Assembly (NCBI GenBank): GCA_000091205.1
Contig: AP006498.2
DNA length: 64,000 nt
DNA from: Cyanidioschyzon merolae
Lineage: Eukaryota
Direction: 5' to 3' (one strand)
In this document: positions 33,880 to 43,721 of the stretch, piece by piece
Numbering within the stretch: the first letter of the stretch is position 1
How the letters are laid out: each line of letters begins with the position of its first letter
Translations under genes and position numbers: made by a program
The notes under the pieces: model-generated
Seen by the model: the letters and a program-made list of their open reading frames with translations, nothing else
The model's database searches: none
What the model was told of the DNA's origin: nothing

Positions 33880-34575
33880 CAACCTACGAGCTACAATTGC
33901 GCTAAAAGAACAGAAACTATCCAATAACCAGCAACTCTATAACAATTTCGTTTCATCTTCACGGCACGCGTTGAAAGGGAAAAGTGTTTCCCTTATTTTA
34001 GAAAGTTTGTCTTCAAGCCGGAAGGTCCCGCGAGACGGACGAGTGTTCCGGGCTTGCACTCCGTGCGCCTCTACAGTGGCGGTCGCAGTGCCGAGACCTG
34101 AACGGCTCATCTGGAATGCGTTTTATTCTGGGAATAAGGGTGGCAAGGGTGTATCCAGGTATCGCCCTGGTGGAAGTGGTCTCCTAGCACAGCTCTTTCG
34201 CGCTGCCGCATGCAGTAGGTCTGTCTGCGCAGATTGCATGCTCCAAAATGATTCTATGATCCGATTCCGTATCGGGTGCACCACGCCTTGGGCCGACGCC
34301 CTCTGTGCCATGACAAAGCCGTTTTGTCTCCGTGCTGTATCCGTACCATCCATGTAGGCGTTATTGTGGGTGCTCACGGCAGGCTCGGCGCGCGGTAGAA
34401 CGCACGTAACGACCAGTACACCCGAGAGGAAATATGGGTGATGAAACTTGAAGGTGGAGCGCAGCATGATGGACGCTTTCCACAATGCCACAACTCATCC
34501 CGCAATTTAGTGACCATGGCCATCTAAAACGATTTCTCAAACAAAAAGGTTCGCATAATGGAGCGATCATTACGT
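33880..34575 (+). repeat. R2 dispersed repeat copy 2
   Basis: See copy 1. It lies about 200 bp upstream of the RPL10A start codon and abuts the truncated 3' tail of Tc1-like relic A. Confidence 0.7.
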
Positions 34576-35350
34576 TACACTATGAAAAACACTCGTTCTT
34601 TGGGGTTCAGCTATGGGCATTACGGAGGAATGAAAAGTAGCTCTACCCCCGATAGAATCCGCAAAAGCTCGAACGCAACGGAAATCGTGAAATGCCAGGT
34701 TGTCCAGTAGAAGCACATCAGCAGATGTGAGGGAAAAGTCTCCAATGATTGGATCATGTGGGTGCTATTTCATGAGCCTTCTCTGCGAGAGAATCCGAGG
34801 CCGCCAAATATATCCACTGCAGCTAGAACAGATGATGAAATCTTTCTCTTGGAGTTCGATCTTATATACAACTGGCGCCTTCTATGCGAATACCCATATA
34901 CAATCCGACCGTTTCGTCCGAACGGAGTCTTACCGACTAAGTAAACGGACCGACGTGCCTGTGCTTCCCAGCGATCGAGACGTCCCAGTAACTCTGTCGT
35001 TGCGATATCGGTGGAAGATGGTGGTGCATGAAACTCAACTTTTTTGCGACTGTATCCCTGTGTATTCAGGACCACACGAACAAGCTGCTGAGTACCAGAC
35101 ACGCCCGTGGTCGCTACCATCGTACGGTTTGATTTCTCTAAAGTGATCAACATATCGTTTTCTACCATTGACCGCAAGCACGCTTCGAGAATATCGGTTA
35201 CTGGCTCGGAGCGCATACACGTTTTTCTTTCAGTTTTCCTCAAACATTTGCGCACTGTGGTATGGCTTACTTGAAGGGGCAAGGCAGTCCTCCTTGCACT
35301 CTTCAACAGAGCATATATCCTATAGGTAATTCGCCTACGATCTAAATGTT
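34550..35350 (-). mobile_element. Tc1/mariner (IS630-superfamily) transposase relic A, degenerate
   Basis: The minus ORF 34770..35306 has an HTH (LQVSHTTVRKCLRK) followed by SVYLVGKTPFGRN (first D of the DDE motif mutated to G) and YIRSNSKRKISSSVLAAVDIFGGLGF. A further reading below 34770 gives ...VLLLDNLAFH.... It is homologous to relics B and C, and the 5' flank 35150..35350 matches 46600..46790. Confidence 0.7.
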
Positions 35351-35607
35351 ACATTCATTAGAGATTTCTGTCTCCTTCTCCACCCCGCAACGATGGTGAA
35401 CCAAAATTGAGTTGAAAGATTACAAGCGACGGCCGTTCCGTGGCCGCAGCTGCTGTGTCCGAATTTACCAAGATCGAGAGCCGTTACGCTTCTGTGCCTG
35501 GCCCTGAGCTCAAACAGCTACGTTTACGTACATACGTTGCAGTGGGTTATGTGAGCACAACTTTAGGCGTCTTACTTTTTCTCACTAGCGCACCAGGATT
35601 TTTCCTA

Positions 35608-36243
35608 ATGAGCAGTCAGGAAATACCATGCAGTTCGCAAAACACTCGAATCGAGTTTGGAAGAGCAGCGAAGCGCTTGCAGTCAGAGCTGTCGTCTCTT
35701 ATGTTGGAAAGCGTACCGGGCGTATCCGCTTTTCCTGAGTCTGACGACATATTGACCTGGAGAGGCACGATTCGTGGCACCGAGCACTCACCATATTCAG
35801 GTATGCGTTTCCATCTGGCACTCAAGTTCCCGCAGAACTATCCATTTTCGCCACCAACGGTCACTTTTGTTACTCGTTGCTTCCACCCGAACATAGACTA
35901 TGCGAGCGGGACCATATGCCTCGATATCCTCAAGGAGCACTGGAGCTCAACATTTACCGTGAAAACTATTCTCTTAAGCATACAGTCTCTTCTCGATGAG
36001 CCCAACGTTGAAAGCCCGCTGAACGTGCAAGCCGCGGGCCTCTGGGAGACAGACCCGCGCGAGTTTCGCGAAGTTTGCATTGCCAAGTATGAGGAAGCAA
36101 CTGGTGAGAAGATCGTTTCTGCAGATTACAGCCAAAGGAACGAGGGGAAGTCGGAGCAGCATGCTCGCAGGGTTCCCGCACCCTTGTATAAATCAAATCC
36201 CATGGTTGCGAACCGGGTGCATCGTTACCGAAACCAAAGTTAG
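35608..36243 (+). CDS. UBE2C: ubiquitin-conjugating enzyme E2 C-like (UBC domain) with a C-terminal extension
   Basis: KRLQSELSSLMLESVPGVSAFPESDDILTWRGTIRGTEHSPYSGMRFHLALKFPQNYPFSPPTVTFVTRCFHPNIDYASGTICLDILKEHWSSTFTVKTILLSIQSLLDEPNVESPLNVQAAGLW aligns closely with human UBE2C, including the catalytic Cys within HPN..Y.SG.ICLDIL. ATG at 35608 (the ORF track begins at 35440). Confidence 0.85.
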   Translation: MSSQEIPCSSQNTRIEFGRAAKRLQSELSSLMLESVPGVSAFPESDDILTWRGTIRGTEHSPYSGMRFHLALKFPQNYPFSPPTVTFVTRCFHPNIDYASGTICLDILKEHWSSTFTVKTILLSIQSLLDEPNVESPLNVQAAGLWETDPREFREVCIAKYEEATGEKIVSADYSQRNEGKSEQHARRVPAPLYKSNPMVANRVHRYRNQS

Positions 36244-36623
36244 TCGACTGCATTCAAGAGCGCACATACTGCGCTCTCCACTAAGCAGCTCTCTAGCCGA
36301 TTGGAAAATCCCACTCGGAGCACGTTCGCTGACGTGCACGCACTCAGATTTAGAACGGTATGCCGTTTCCTGTATCGTGTTGGCAGATGGCAATCGAATT
36401 CTCTTTCATACGACATAGCCCCCGATCGCGGGGCATTCGAGGCGCACGTGGCGAGCTCCAGCCCGAGCCGATGTTCGCACAGAAGCTGGAGCTGTGGTAA
36501 TCGGTGCGTCGCTTCTATTTTATCTTGCTCGAGGACCAACGATTGCGCTGAGTCGCAGGGATAAATATATAAACGGAATTCGTCTGCCATTGACTAACAC
36601 GATCTGCGGCGTTCTGCTGGGCG

Positions 36624-37769
36624 CTACTCAAACCACAGTCTTCTGTGGGAGATGAAATCGAGATGCAGAAGCGATGTGGCTGATTCGGCTTCAGGAAAAA
36701 GGTTCTGAGTAAGGAAACGGCGCAGACCTACGATGATTATCATTTCCTCCTCTGTGAGTTGATCTATTTCATCCGTATCTCGTTCAAGGAGTCGGAACGG
36801 TATAAGCACAGGTTGCTCTTCGAGGGTCCTGAGCCGCCTTAGCCCTATTCCTGGTGTCTTCGCTAGAGTGCGGCTATCAATCTTAAGCGTCCGATTATTA
36901 TCGTCGGCCCGATTTGCTGCTGTTTCGGGTCGTGCTGTTCTCGACCGAACTATCAGCGCCCTGAAACGCCAGTCGAGGAACTGCTGATGATCCCGAGTTT
37001 CACTCTCTCGCACCCTGCAAGATAGTTTCGCACTTGAAAACTGCTCTAGCATGCGAATAGCAGAGTTGGTATCAGGAACCCAAATCACGGCGAAGGTATC
37101 CATGGGGAAGAAGTGCCCATGCTTATCGAAATGTCCTGGAACTTCATCTGTGAAAACCGGGCACTGCGGGTAGAACTCGCGGTATATGAACCATTCCAAT
37201 TCCGCTAACACATGAAGCAGGGTAGAATCTGACAGAAGTGGCAGTTTTCTGCCAAGTCTGGTGCGAAACTCGAACTCATTACTAATACTGGAAGTTGCAT
37301 TCTGCGAGACAAAGCTCAGAGGGATTTGGCAGAGAACAACTTTGCGCTTTGCGGTACATACCCCCTCTTGGGGTTGCTTGGCTGCCTGCTCCACTGAAGT
37401 TCCAGAGCAACCCGCCTCATGAGTGCTCGGTCGTAAAAAGTGGCGCACCCTGCTGAGAAGCCTCGAAACGGAAGCCGCTGACACCGAAGACAGGTCCGTC
37501 GACGACTCACCTGCACCTATTATCTCATTCCAGCAACTGCCACCCGGTTGGTAGCTGATATCGGCAAGAGCAGCGCTGACCTCAGCCGCGTCTACGAACA
37601 GAACCTCAGTCTGGGAGGCTGCGATCCAAAAGTCACAGTTCTCCAAAACGATACTAGAGGGGTCCCGCACGAGCGCTCGAAAACGGTAGGTTTCTTCTCC
37701 ATCGAGTAGCTCAGCGAGCAGTTCGGTTCCTTCGAGTCGTGAGCTACATAGCAAGTAAGGGCACTTCAT
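36624..37769 (-). CDS. hypothetical protein (381 aa), no recognised domain
   Basis: An uninterrupted ORF with a confirmed ATG at 37769, lying between UBE2C and a repeat-rich region. No motif that I can assign. Confidence 0.35.
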   Translation of the reverse strand: MKCPYLLCSSRLEGTELLAELLDGEETYRFRALVRDPSSIVLENCDFWIAASQTEVLFVDAAEVSAALADISYQPGGSCWNEIIGAGESSTDLSSVSAASVSRLLSRVRHFLRPSTHEAGCSGTSVEQAAKQPQEGVCTAKRKVVLCQIPLSFVSQNATSSISNEFEFRTRLGRKLPLLSDSTLLHVLAELEWFIYREFYPQCPVFTDEVPGHFDKHGHFFPMDTFAVIWVPDTNSAIRMLEQFSSAKLSCRVRESETRDHQQFLDWRFRALIVRSRTARPETAANRADDNNRTLKIDSRTLAKTPGIGLRRLRTLEEQPVLIPFRLLERDTDEIDQLTEEEMIIIVGLRRFLTQNLFPEAESATSLLHLDFISHRRLWFE

Positions 37770-38279
37770 CGTCCAGCGAGCGACGTGCTCGGCTCAAAAG
37801 CCTGTCGTTCGCAGAGATCCATCGGGGTGGGCGTCTGCTAGGACAGCGCTCGCGCATCTGCGGACGCTACGACTTGCGGCAAATTGAATTGCGGAGTGCT
37901 GGATCATCGGCGCCACGCGACCCGACGCCGCAGTGGTGTAACAAGCCGCTAAGCATACCGATAGCTATCGTGCAAATGAGGATAGCTGGATCTTGAAGAA
38001 ATTCCGAAACACTCAAAATACGGAATCGCTACGGCACGCATGCGCATCAATGTGAGAATAAAATGGAACGGATCCTCTACTTCGGACGAACACACTAAAG
38101 TTTCTAACCTCCTGATGCCACCAACACCAGCTTTTTCGGGTTTTTTTCTGCGTTTGCTACTCTTTCCTCTTTTTTGTACCAGGTTATAAATCCGCTGATC
38201 ACTCCTTTCCGTCCAGCTATTTGTCAGCAGTTGGCAGTCGTCGATGGCAGCGTTAGGATCCTGAGTTCGCTGCTTGTAG

Positions 38280-38760
38280 CTTTCGTCAACTCATTTCGAG
38301 CACAGGCGGCAGATGCGATCTTCGTTTCGCTCGCCATTTTCGTCTTCTGTGTATACAGCCACGATGTACCTTTGGTAGCACAGAAACTGCACCGCGGTCA
38401 ATTGTCCTCATATTAAAAACATCTCTTTTTCCGAGGGCCGCACTGTACAGCGTAAAAGCTTGCTTCATTTCTTGGTACACACTTTTCACGGGTTCAGAAG
38501 GTTCTTCTCGATGCCATCCGCCGTTTCCGCACCCGGTGCCGTATGCTATGATCACGAACTTCTCGCGCGCGATGCGCTCAGCGAGTAGCCTGTCCGCTGC
38601 ACGCGCATATAGACGCTTCCCGTTGGAGAACTCGCCATACCTTTCCTTGCACCCACTTCGTTTTCTGCAAACTCTACAACCCAACGTAACGTTGAGCGTT
38701 GCGGGCATCGATGTGCCTTGGCCACTTGCAGGCATCGTGTCCACACGTTCCACTCACACA
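38280..38760 (-). mobile_element. R1/F-family fragment (copy 5), same orientation as the others
   Basis: DNA such as ccatccgccgtttccgcacccggtgccgtatgctatgatcacgaactt matches ccatccacgcgcccggtaccgtaccctgtgatcgacagctt in copy 1. The minus ORF 38286..38753 carries KFVIIAYGTGCGNGGWH, compared with copy 1 ITGYGTGRVDGG and the long element KILVVAHGAARW. Confidence 0.5.
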
Positions 38761-39548
38761 AGCTGATGCGGGTAAGGCTTCTGAGCCTCCCTACTGCTTC
38801 CGTCGCTCGACGTACCGTTCTCTTACCTGCCCGGTTTCGTTGAGACGAAGACAATTGGTGCGCGAATTGGACGCCCAGCTGTAAGTGCAAATTAGGCGAT
38901 TCGAAATTCTTGTCTTCAAAGCGTTGTCGGTTGTCAAAGTAGGATTTACTCGAATTCGGTGCTGACAGAAACGCTGGTGTGGAGATGTGCACTCCATGAG
39001 GTCAAGCCTGTGCAGATCGCATTGGGGAGTAAATTCGCAGCGCTATACTTCTGTACGGCTTGTTTCCCCTCGGCTATGTCCTCTTCTAACTAGTGGTGCA
39101 TTTGAGTTCTGACGGGTCATGGAGCGCGTGGGACGTTCGCTATCGATGGCAATGGATACAATCACGCGATCGGTCTCGATAGAGCACCGTGTCTCCTCGA
39201 TATACCGCCAGACTCCTGTTCCTCATTTTTTCGTTCTCTTTCGCACCTTGCTTTATCTGACAGAGCTTTTCCTTTCTCAAACGGTTCAAGATTGCCTGAG
39301 AAGCTCCAGAAAAAGGCTCCAAATATTGCTTCATAAACTCCAGGTCGTCGATCAGCACCTCTTCTACGCCGCACCTTCCGTTCTCCATCGGACGCATCCG
39401 CACCCTGTCTGCGTTGGCAAGCCTCTTCACAATAAAGCAAGAAAGGCGCAAAGCGAGGCGATACTACCAGCGAACCAGAGATGTGTTCGGAAAAGATGGA
39501 GGCCTCTGCCATCAGGAGTTCTGGAAAACCACTCCATCTACAGAAGCA

Positions 39549-40619
39549 TCATTGCTTTCTTGGACGGTTACTTGCAGGTTGCAGGTCTATCTTCTTCTTG
39601 GTGTCTTCGTCTTTCTCGGATATTCCGTAGAGTTGCATCACGCTTTCCATATCTTCCGAGCCAATGGGCTTCAGCACAGCTCCCGTTGTGAAGAATGCGT
39701 CCATGCCGCCCAGGCCAATGACCGTGTCGCCGCTCTCTCTCCTCCCCGTAATCGGGACCTTCATGTGCCCATCGGGTTGAATTCTTAATTTTTTCAAGTT
39801 CGACGTACGTACTTTTCTGTCTACATACTTCTTTGTTTTATCCAGGCCATTATGAGTCACCATGCGAGTGAGGATCTCGACATCCGCAAACCCGTTCAAC
39901 TTGGAAGCCGATGTGCGTGTGGCGTCGATGGAAGCATTGAGCGCATGAGGTGTTTCCGGTATGCGCTCCGGCAGAGTGAGGACATGCAAGGCCGTAAGTG
40001 TCAGCAACGCCTCTAAGAAGTACCCGACTTTTACAAGAATCCCGCCGCACATGATGTTTGCGGTTACGATGGTGAGGTAAGCGCATCGCTGGAGCATGGT
40101 GCGAAAAAAAACATATTCCTGGACGCCAGCTGTCTGTTCCGGCGACAGCAACTACGTTCCGAGGTATCCCTTTATGATCATAGTGTCGCAGAGCAGCGAT
40201 GAGAACAGCTCCTCGTCCCAGAGAACGCCGAAGCAGTAATCTTCCTGTAGGAACGCGTTTCGTATGGTGCTGCCACATTCTCTGCGAGCGACAAACAGCT
40301 CTCTTCGAAACCAGCTGGGATCTTTTGGCGAGTCTTTCACAGTTGTTTCCCTGGCATACCTGGTTTGTACGGGCTGCGTGCCTCCATTAATAAACAGGTC
40401 ATTAATCCGTATCCTTAATGCATTATTTTCCGTTTTTGGTATGCCTCTTCTAGAATCCACGATTAGAGAACGTCGGCGACTTCTTGCAAAACCTGCGCAG
40501 GCGAGTGCGGCAGCCGCAGTCGCTATGCCATGAGCGTCGAGCACTTGTTCGTTTCGGGGACGATCTTTATGATGGAAACTTGCATTTGATTCCATGAAAC
40601 AGCTTTTCAAGGTCCCCAA
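39549..40619 (-). pseudogene. two-TM membrane protein gene interrupted by a single in-frame TAG (356 codons in all), either a pseudogene or a readthrough/sequencing issue
   Basis: ORFs 40152..40619 and 39549..40151 are in the same frame and directly contiguous, separated only by TAG (plus strand cta at 40152..40154). The hydrophobic stretch YLTIVTANIMCGGILVKVGYFLEALLTLTALHVLTL forms the TM segments. Family not recognised. Confidence 0.4.
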
Positions 40620-40649
40620 ACGACATATTCGTGTTTAACCATGGGGAAT

Positions 40650-41340
40650 AAGTTGTAATGTATACGATGATAAATGCTTTGTTCACTGGCGTCTACCAAA
40701 GAGAAGAGGGTTGGTGGAACGTGATGTTGTCCGTGATGAAACAAGTACCGGGAGGAAAATACAACCAGGAGAATAAGTCGACCAATCTGGATTCGTCAAC
40801 GCACTCTTCATGTCCAGCGGTGGCGCAATCTCTACCGAAAATGATCGCCACTATAGCTTAAGTCCGATCCCAAGTCAACTGTCCATGCAAACAGAAGAGA
40901 TGGGAGCCTCCCGGAGTAAATATTTTGAGCGGCATCATCATGCAGAGGAGTGGTGTTGCATCGATGGAAGCGAAGAAGGGATCATTTTTATCAGAGCGAA
41001 ACCCATTATTTGGCGTGACAAGTTCAGTGTGCTTTCGGCATGAGCTTGTGAAGGAGTCTTCAAGCGACGGCGTCGCGTTTTTCTCGTCGCCATTCCAGCG
41101 GCGCGAATCGCTGCGCTCTCGAGTTGCCATCAAAGAAAAAACCAACAGCTTGAAGAACGCTTGATTTGAGCAAGCAACTCGTAAGGAGAGAAGCAGCGTG
41201 GTAGCTGGACCGTATGAACTGGGTGCTGATATGGATTAGTATACAAACCCTCTTTCCAGTCTGTGGCGATTCATCTTGATTCCAGTGGCTTGAGGAATTC
41301 CAGCGTCAACGCCTCAAAGGAGCCAGTTCGAAGCGACGAT
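40650..41340 (-). mobile_element. R1-family fragment (copy 4), containing the conserved end module
   Basis: gaacgtgatgttgtccgtgatgaaacaagtaccgggagg matches gatcgcgatgttgttcacgatgaaacaagttccggacgg in copy 1. Peptide echoes are MLSVMKQVPGGK versus MLFTMKQVPDGK, and KNATPSLEDSFTSSCRKHTELVTPNN versus KNSTPSLEDSFASLCRFRTGLRTPND. The module 41150..41340 aligns with 12460..12650. It lies in the divergent promoter region between the 39549..40619 gene and the DHQS-like gene. Confidence 0.6.
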
Positions 41341-41623
41341 CGATTAGCCAAAATCTACGTGCAAAACCTTTAGCGGTAAATACGGCACTTAAATGCCTTG
41401 GCTGCACAGCTAAAAAAGTTCAGAAAAAATCGAAAGGCAGAACTTAGCGATTAGTTCATCTTTACCTGCCGCGGCGGCTAGATCCGGGATGGTACGCTCG
41501 GTAAGATCTTGCTGCAGATTCCAAACTAGGTAGTGGTCAGCACAGCGTTTCAACGTGCTCGACGAACAGACGAATCTGCAAAAAAACCCTGACGTCGTAC
41601 GCATAGGGCCGAGGTGTTGGTCT

Positions 41624-42937
41624 ATGTCACTGGTCAAGGACGAGAGCACGGAAACGAGGTTTGTTCCGCTAGAGCGTGCACCGCGGAACGTTTTCAAGCG
41701 GGAAGTATTCAGTTACAAAGATGAGCAGTTTCCGGAAACCCAAGGTCCCAGGGCCGGAAACATTGCCAAAATCGTGCACTGGAGGAACTGCTTCCCACTT
41801 CCTATCGAGTACTCGGTGTATTTATGCGATCCTCTTTTGAGGGCCGAGAACGCCCTCCTGGGTGAGTGCTTGCTACCGGCGAACTTGTCGAGGAGGTTTT
41901 GCGTCGTTGACGATTCCGTTTGGGCAATATATGGAGAAAAATTGAAGGCATACTTTGATGAACGAAATATAGCATCTAAATATGTGGTCTTACCAGGAGG
42001 GGAAGAACATAAAAACATTGGCGCTGTGTTCCAAGTGTTGGATGCCCTTTGTGACTTTGGTCTTCACCGTAGGGAACCGATTCTAGCTATTGGCGGCGGC
42101 GTGGTCCTCGATATTGCGGGATTCGCAGCATCCCTCTATAGGCGTGGTGTTCCCTATATTCGGGTGCCCACGACATTGCTTGCAATCGTTGATGCCAGCG
42201 TCGGCGTCAAAACTGGAATAGACTATACGCATACTGTGACTGACGAACATTTCAAGAACAGGATGGGTGCGTTCTACGCCCCAGTCGCATCATTTTTGGA
42301 CAAAACGTTCGTCGCTACCCAGGACGAAAGACAAATCATTAATGGGCTCGGAGAAATCTTGAAACTGGCCCTTGTTCGCTCTGCAGAGCTCTTCGCTCTT
42401 CTGGAAGAGCACGCAGCAGATTTGGTTCGTATGAAGTTCCAGCAATCGTTTGTGCCGGACCGTGTAATCGAGCTCAGTGTCGAAATCATGCTTGAAGAGT
42501 TAGGGCCGAACCTTTGGGAACAGAAGCTCGAACGATGTGTCGACTATGGCCACACATTTAGCAAAGTGCTCGAAATGAAATGTTTAGGTGAACTCTGCCA
42601 TGGAGAGGCGGTTAACATCGATGGATTTTTCTGTGTCCTACTCAGCGAAGGCCGTGGATGGCTGGATAGCAGGACAAGGAACCGCATCCTGCGTGTTATG
42701 CGTGATTGCTGCCGACTTCCATTCTATCATCCACTCTGCGAGGACGTGGACACTATGTGGCAGGCTGTTATGGATGGGATCGAACATCGCGATGGGCTGC
42801 AGAGGATTCCTCTCATTTACCACGAAATTGGTCGGTGCACTTTTGTGAACGACTTGACAAAGGATGAAATTAAGGTCGCAGCCCAAAAGCTGGTACATAT
42901 CAAGAAGAACTTGTCCGAAGCGCAGGCGTCTCAATAA
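41624..42937 (+). CDS. 3-dehydroquinate-synthase-like sugar phosphate cyclase (DHQS superfamily), possibly a sedoheptulose-7-phosphate cyclase (EEVS/DDGS-like) rather than AroB
   Basis: The Rossmann and metal-site blocks GGGVVLDIAGFAASLYRRGVPYIRVPTTLLAIVDASVGVKTGIDY ... KNRMGAFYAP ... DYGHTFSKVLE ... HGEAVNIDG match the DHQS fold. At the position of the DHQS motif LNLGHTFGHAIE the sequence has VDYGHTFSKVLE: Asp replaces Asn268 and Lys replaces His275. The ORF-track start at 41555 is GTG; the first ATG is 41624. There is no obvious transit peptide. Confidence 0.75.
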   Translation: MSLVKDESTETRFVPLERAPRNVFKREVFSYKDEQFPETQGPRAGNIAKIVHWRNCFPLPIEYSVYLCDPLLRAENALLGECLLPANLSRRFCVVDDSVWAIYGEKLKAYFDERNIASKYVVLPGGEEHKNIGAVFQVLDALCDFGLHRREPILAIGGGVVLDIAGFAASLYRRGVPYIRVPTTLLAIVDASVGVKTGIDYTHTVTDEHFKNRMGAFYAPVASFLDKTFVATQDERQIINGLGEILKLALVRSAELFALLEEHAADLVRMKFQQSFVPDRVIELSVEIMLEELGPNLWEQKLERCVDYGHTFSKVLEMKCLGELCHGEAVNIDGFFCVLLSEGRGWLDSRTRNRILRVMRDCCRLPFYHPLCEDVDTMWQAVMDGIEHRDGLQRIPLIYHEIGRCTFVNDLTKDEIKVAAQKLVHIKKNLSEAQASQ

Positions 42938-43511
42938 ACTCGAGCGCGTTCCCATCAGGATCTCTGCAGAAAAGCGCTCTTCTGCCGCTTCGACTCATCG
43001 TGAAGGGTATGCCTTTTTCACGTAGCCTTCGTTCCAAAGGCTCAAGGGCGTCGACCGTCATGGCGAGGTGGTAGTCCCTGCCTCCATGCGCGGGTCGGTT
43101 TTCCCGAAAGCTGGGTTCCGGTATTTCGAGATTGTCTGCCACCATCAAGTGAATTTGAGTTGCACCCACTTTCACGAAAGCTCCTCCAAAAGGTAACTTT
43201 GGATTTCTGAGGTGAGAGTCGTCTTCCATACCAAGCACACCGACGTAGAAATCGAGCGAACGGTTCAGATCACTCACGATGATCCCCGCGTGCTGGATAC
43301 CACCATAAGTAGCGACTCCATTCTGCGCCACGGTGCAAAAAAGTTTGGGGAGCGAACTATCCACGAACAAACGTTTCCTCGACCCTGCCGAAAAGTGTAT
43401 AGACCAGTTTCGACTTAGGCGAACTGAAGACTTGCAAACTTCACAGGTCAAAGGCCCGCGAAAAGACACGAAGGGCGAAAGGAAAGCAGACGAATAGCTC
43501 TTCCCGAACAT
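42900..43511 (-). CDS. glyoxalase I / VOC-family protein with an N-terminal presequence
   Basis: GGIQHAGIIVSDLNRSLDFYVGVLGM ... GGAFVKVGATQIHLM ... HLAMTVDALEPLERRLREKGIPF ... RRALFCRDPDGNALEFIE is a VOC (glyoxalase/bleomycin-resistance/dioxygenase) fold. The ORF-track start at 43658 is GTG. ATG at 43511 gives MFGKSYSSAFLSPFVSF..., with Phe near the N-terminus as in a red-algal transit peptide. Its 3' end overlaps the DHQS-like gene by about 37 bp in a convergent arrangement. Confidence 0.65.
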   Translation of the reverse strand: MFGKSYSSAFLSPFVSFRGPLTCEVCKSSVRLSRNWSIHFSAGSRKRLFVDSSLPKLFCTVAQNGVATYGGIQHAGIIVSDLNRSLDFYVGVLGMEDDSHLRNPKLPFGGAFVKVGATQIHLMVADNLEIPEPSFRENRPAHGGRDYHLAMTVDALEPLERRLREKGIPFTMSRSGRRALFCRDPDGNALEFIETPALRTSSS

Positions 43512-43721
43512 ACGATGTGCGCAGAACACGAAATAACGAAATCGTCGCCGCAAAAATCGTGAGCGGCGAACGCGTTTTGCAACAGCGCCATTTGTATTTG
43601 CGGCCAGAGTCAATGGTACGAAAAACGTTTCGCAATCATTGGATAAATGAATAGCCACCTAAAGACTCATCCCAGTCTTTCTCGACCGGCCACCCACAAC
43701 TGGATTCAACTTCTTTCCGAG

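Noticed and set aside
38760-40650. Idea that R1 fragments 5 and 4 are one element split by a 1.9-kb insertion carrying the 39549..40619 gene
   Set aside because: The two fragments map to adjacent parts of copy 1 and share orientation, but homology at the junction is too weak to call by eye. They are left as separate fragments.
41555-41623. N-terminal extensions implied by the ORF track for several genes, including the DHQS-like gene at GTG 41555, SelD at TTG 63526, FCP1 at TTG 29322, TTC1 at TTG 53339, VOC at GTG 43658, the methyltransferase at TTG 21830 and the MED18-like gene at GTG 50410
   Set aside because: The ORF track evidently allows non-ATG starts. The nucleotides were checked and the first in-frame ATG was used instead. 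Some true starts could still lie in unrecognised upstream exons.
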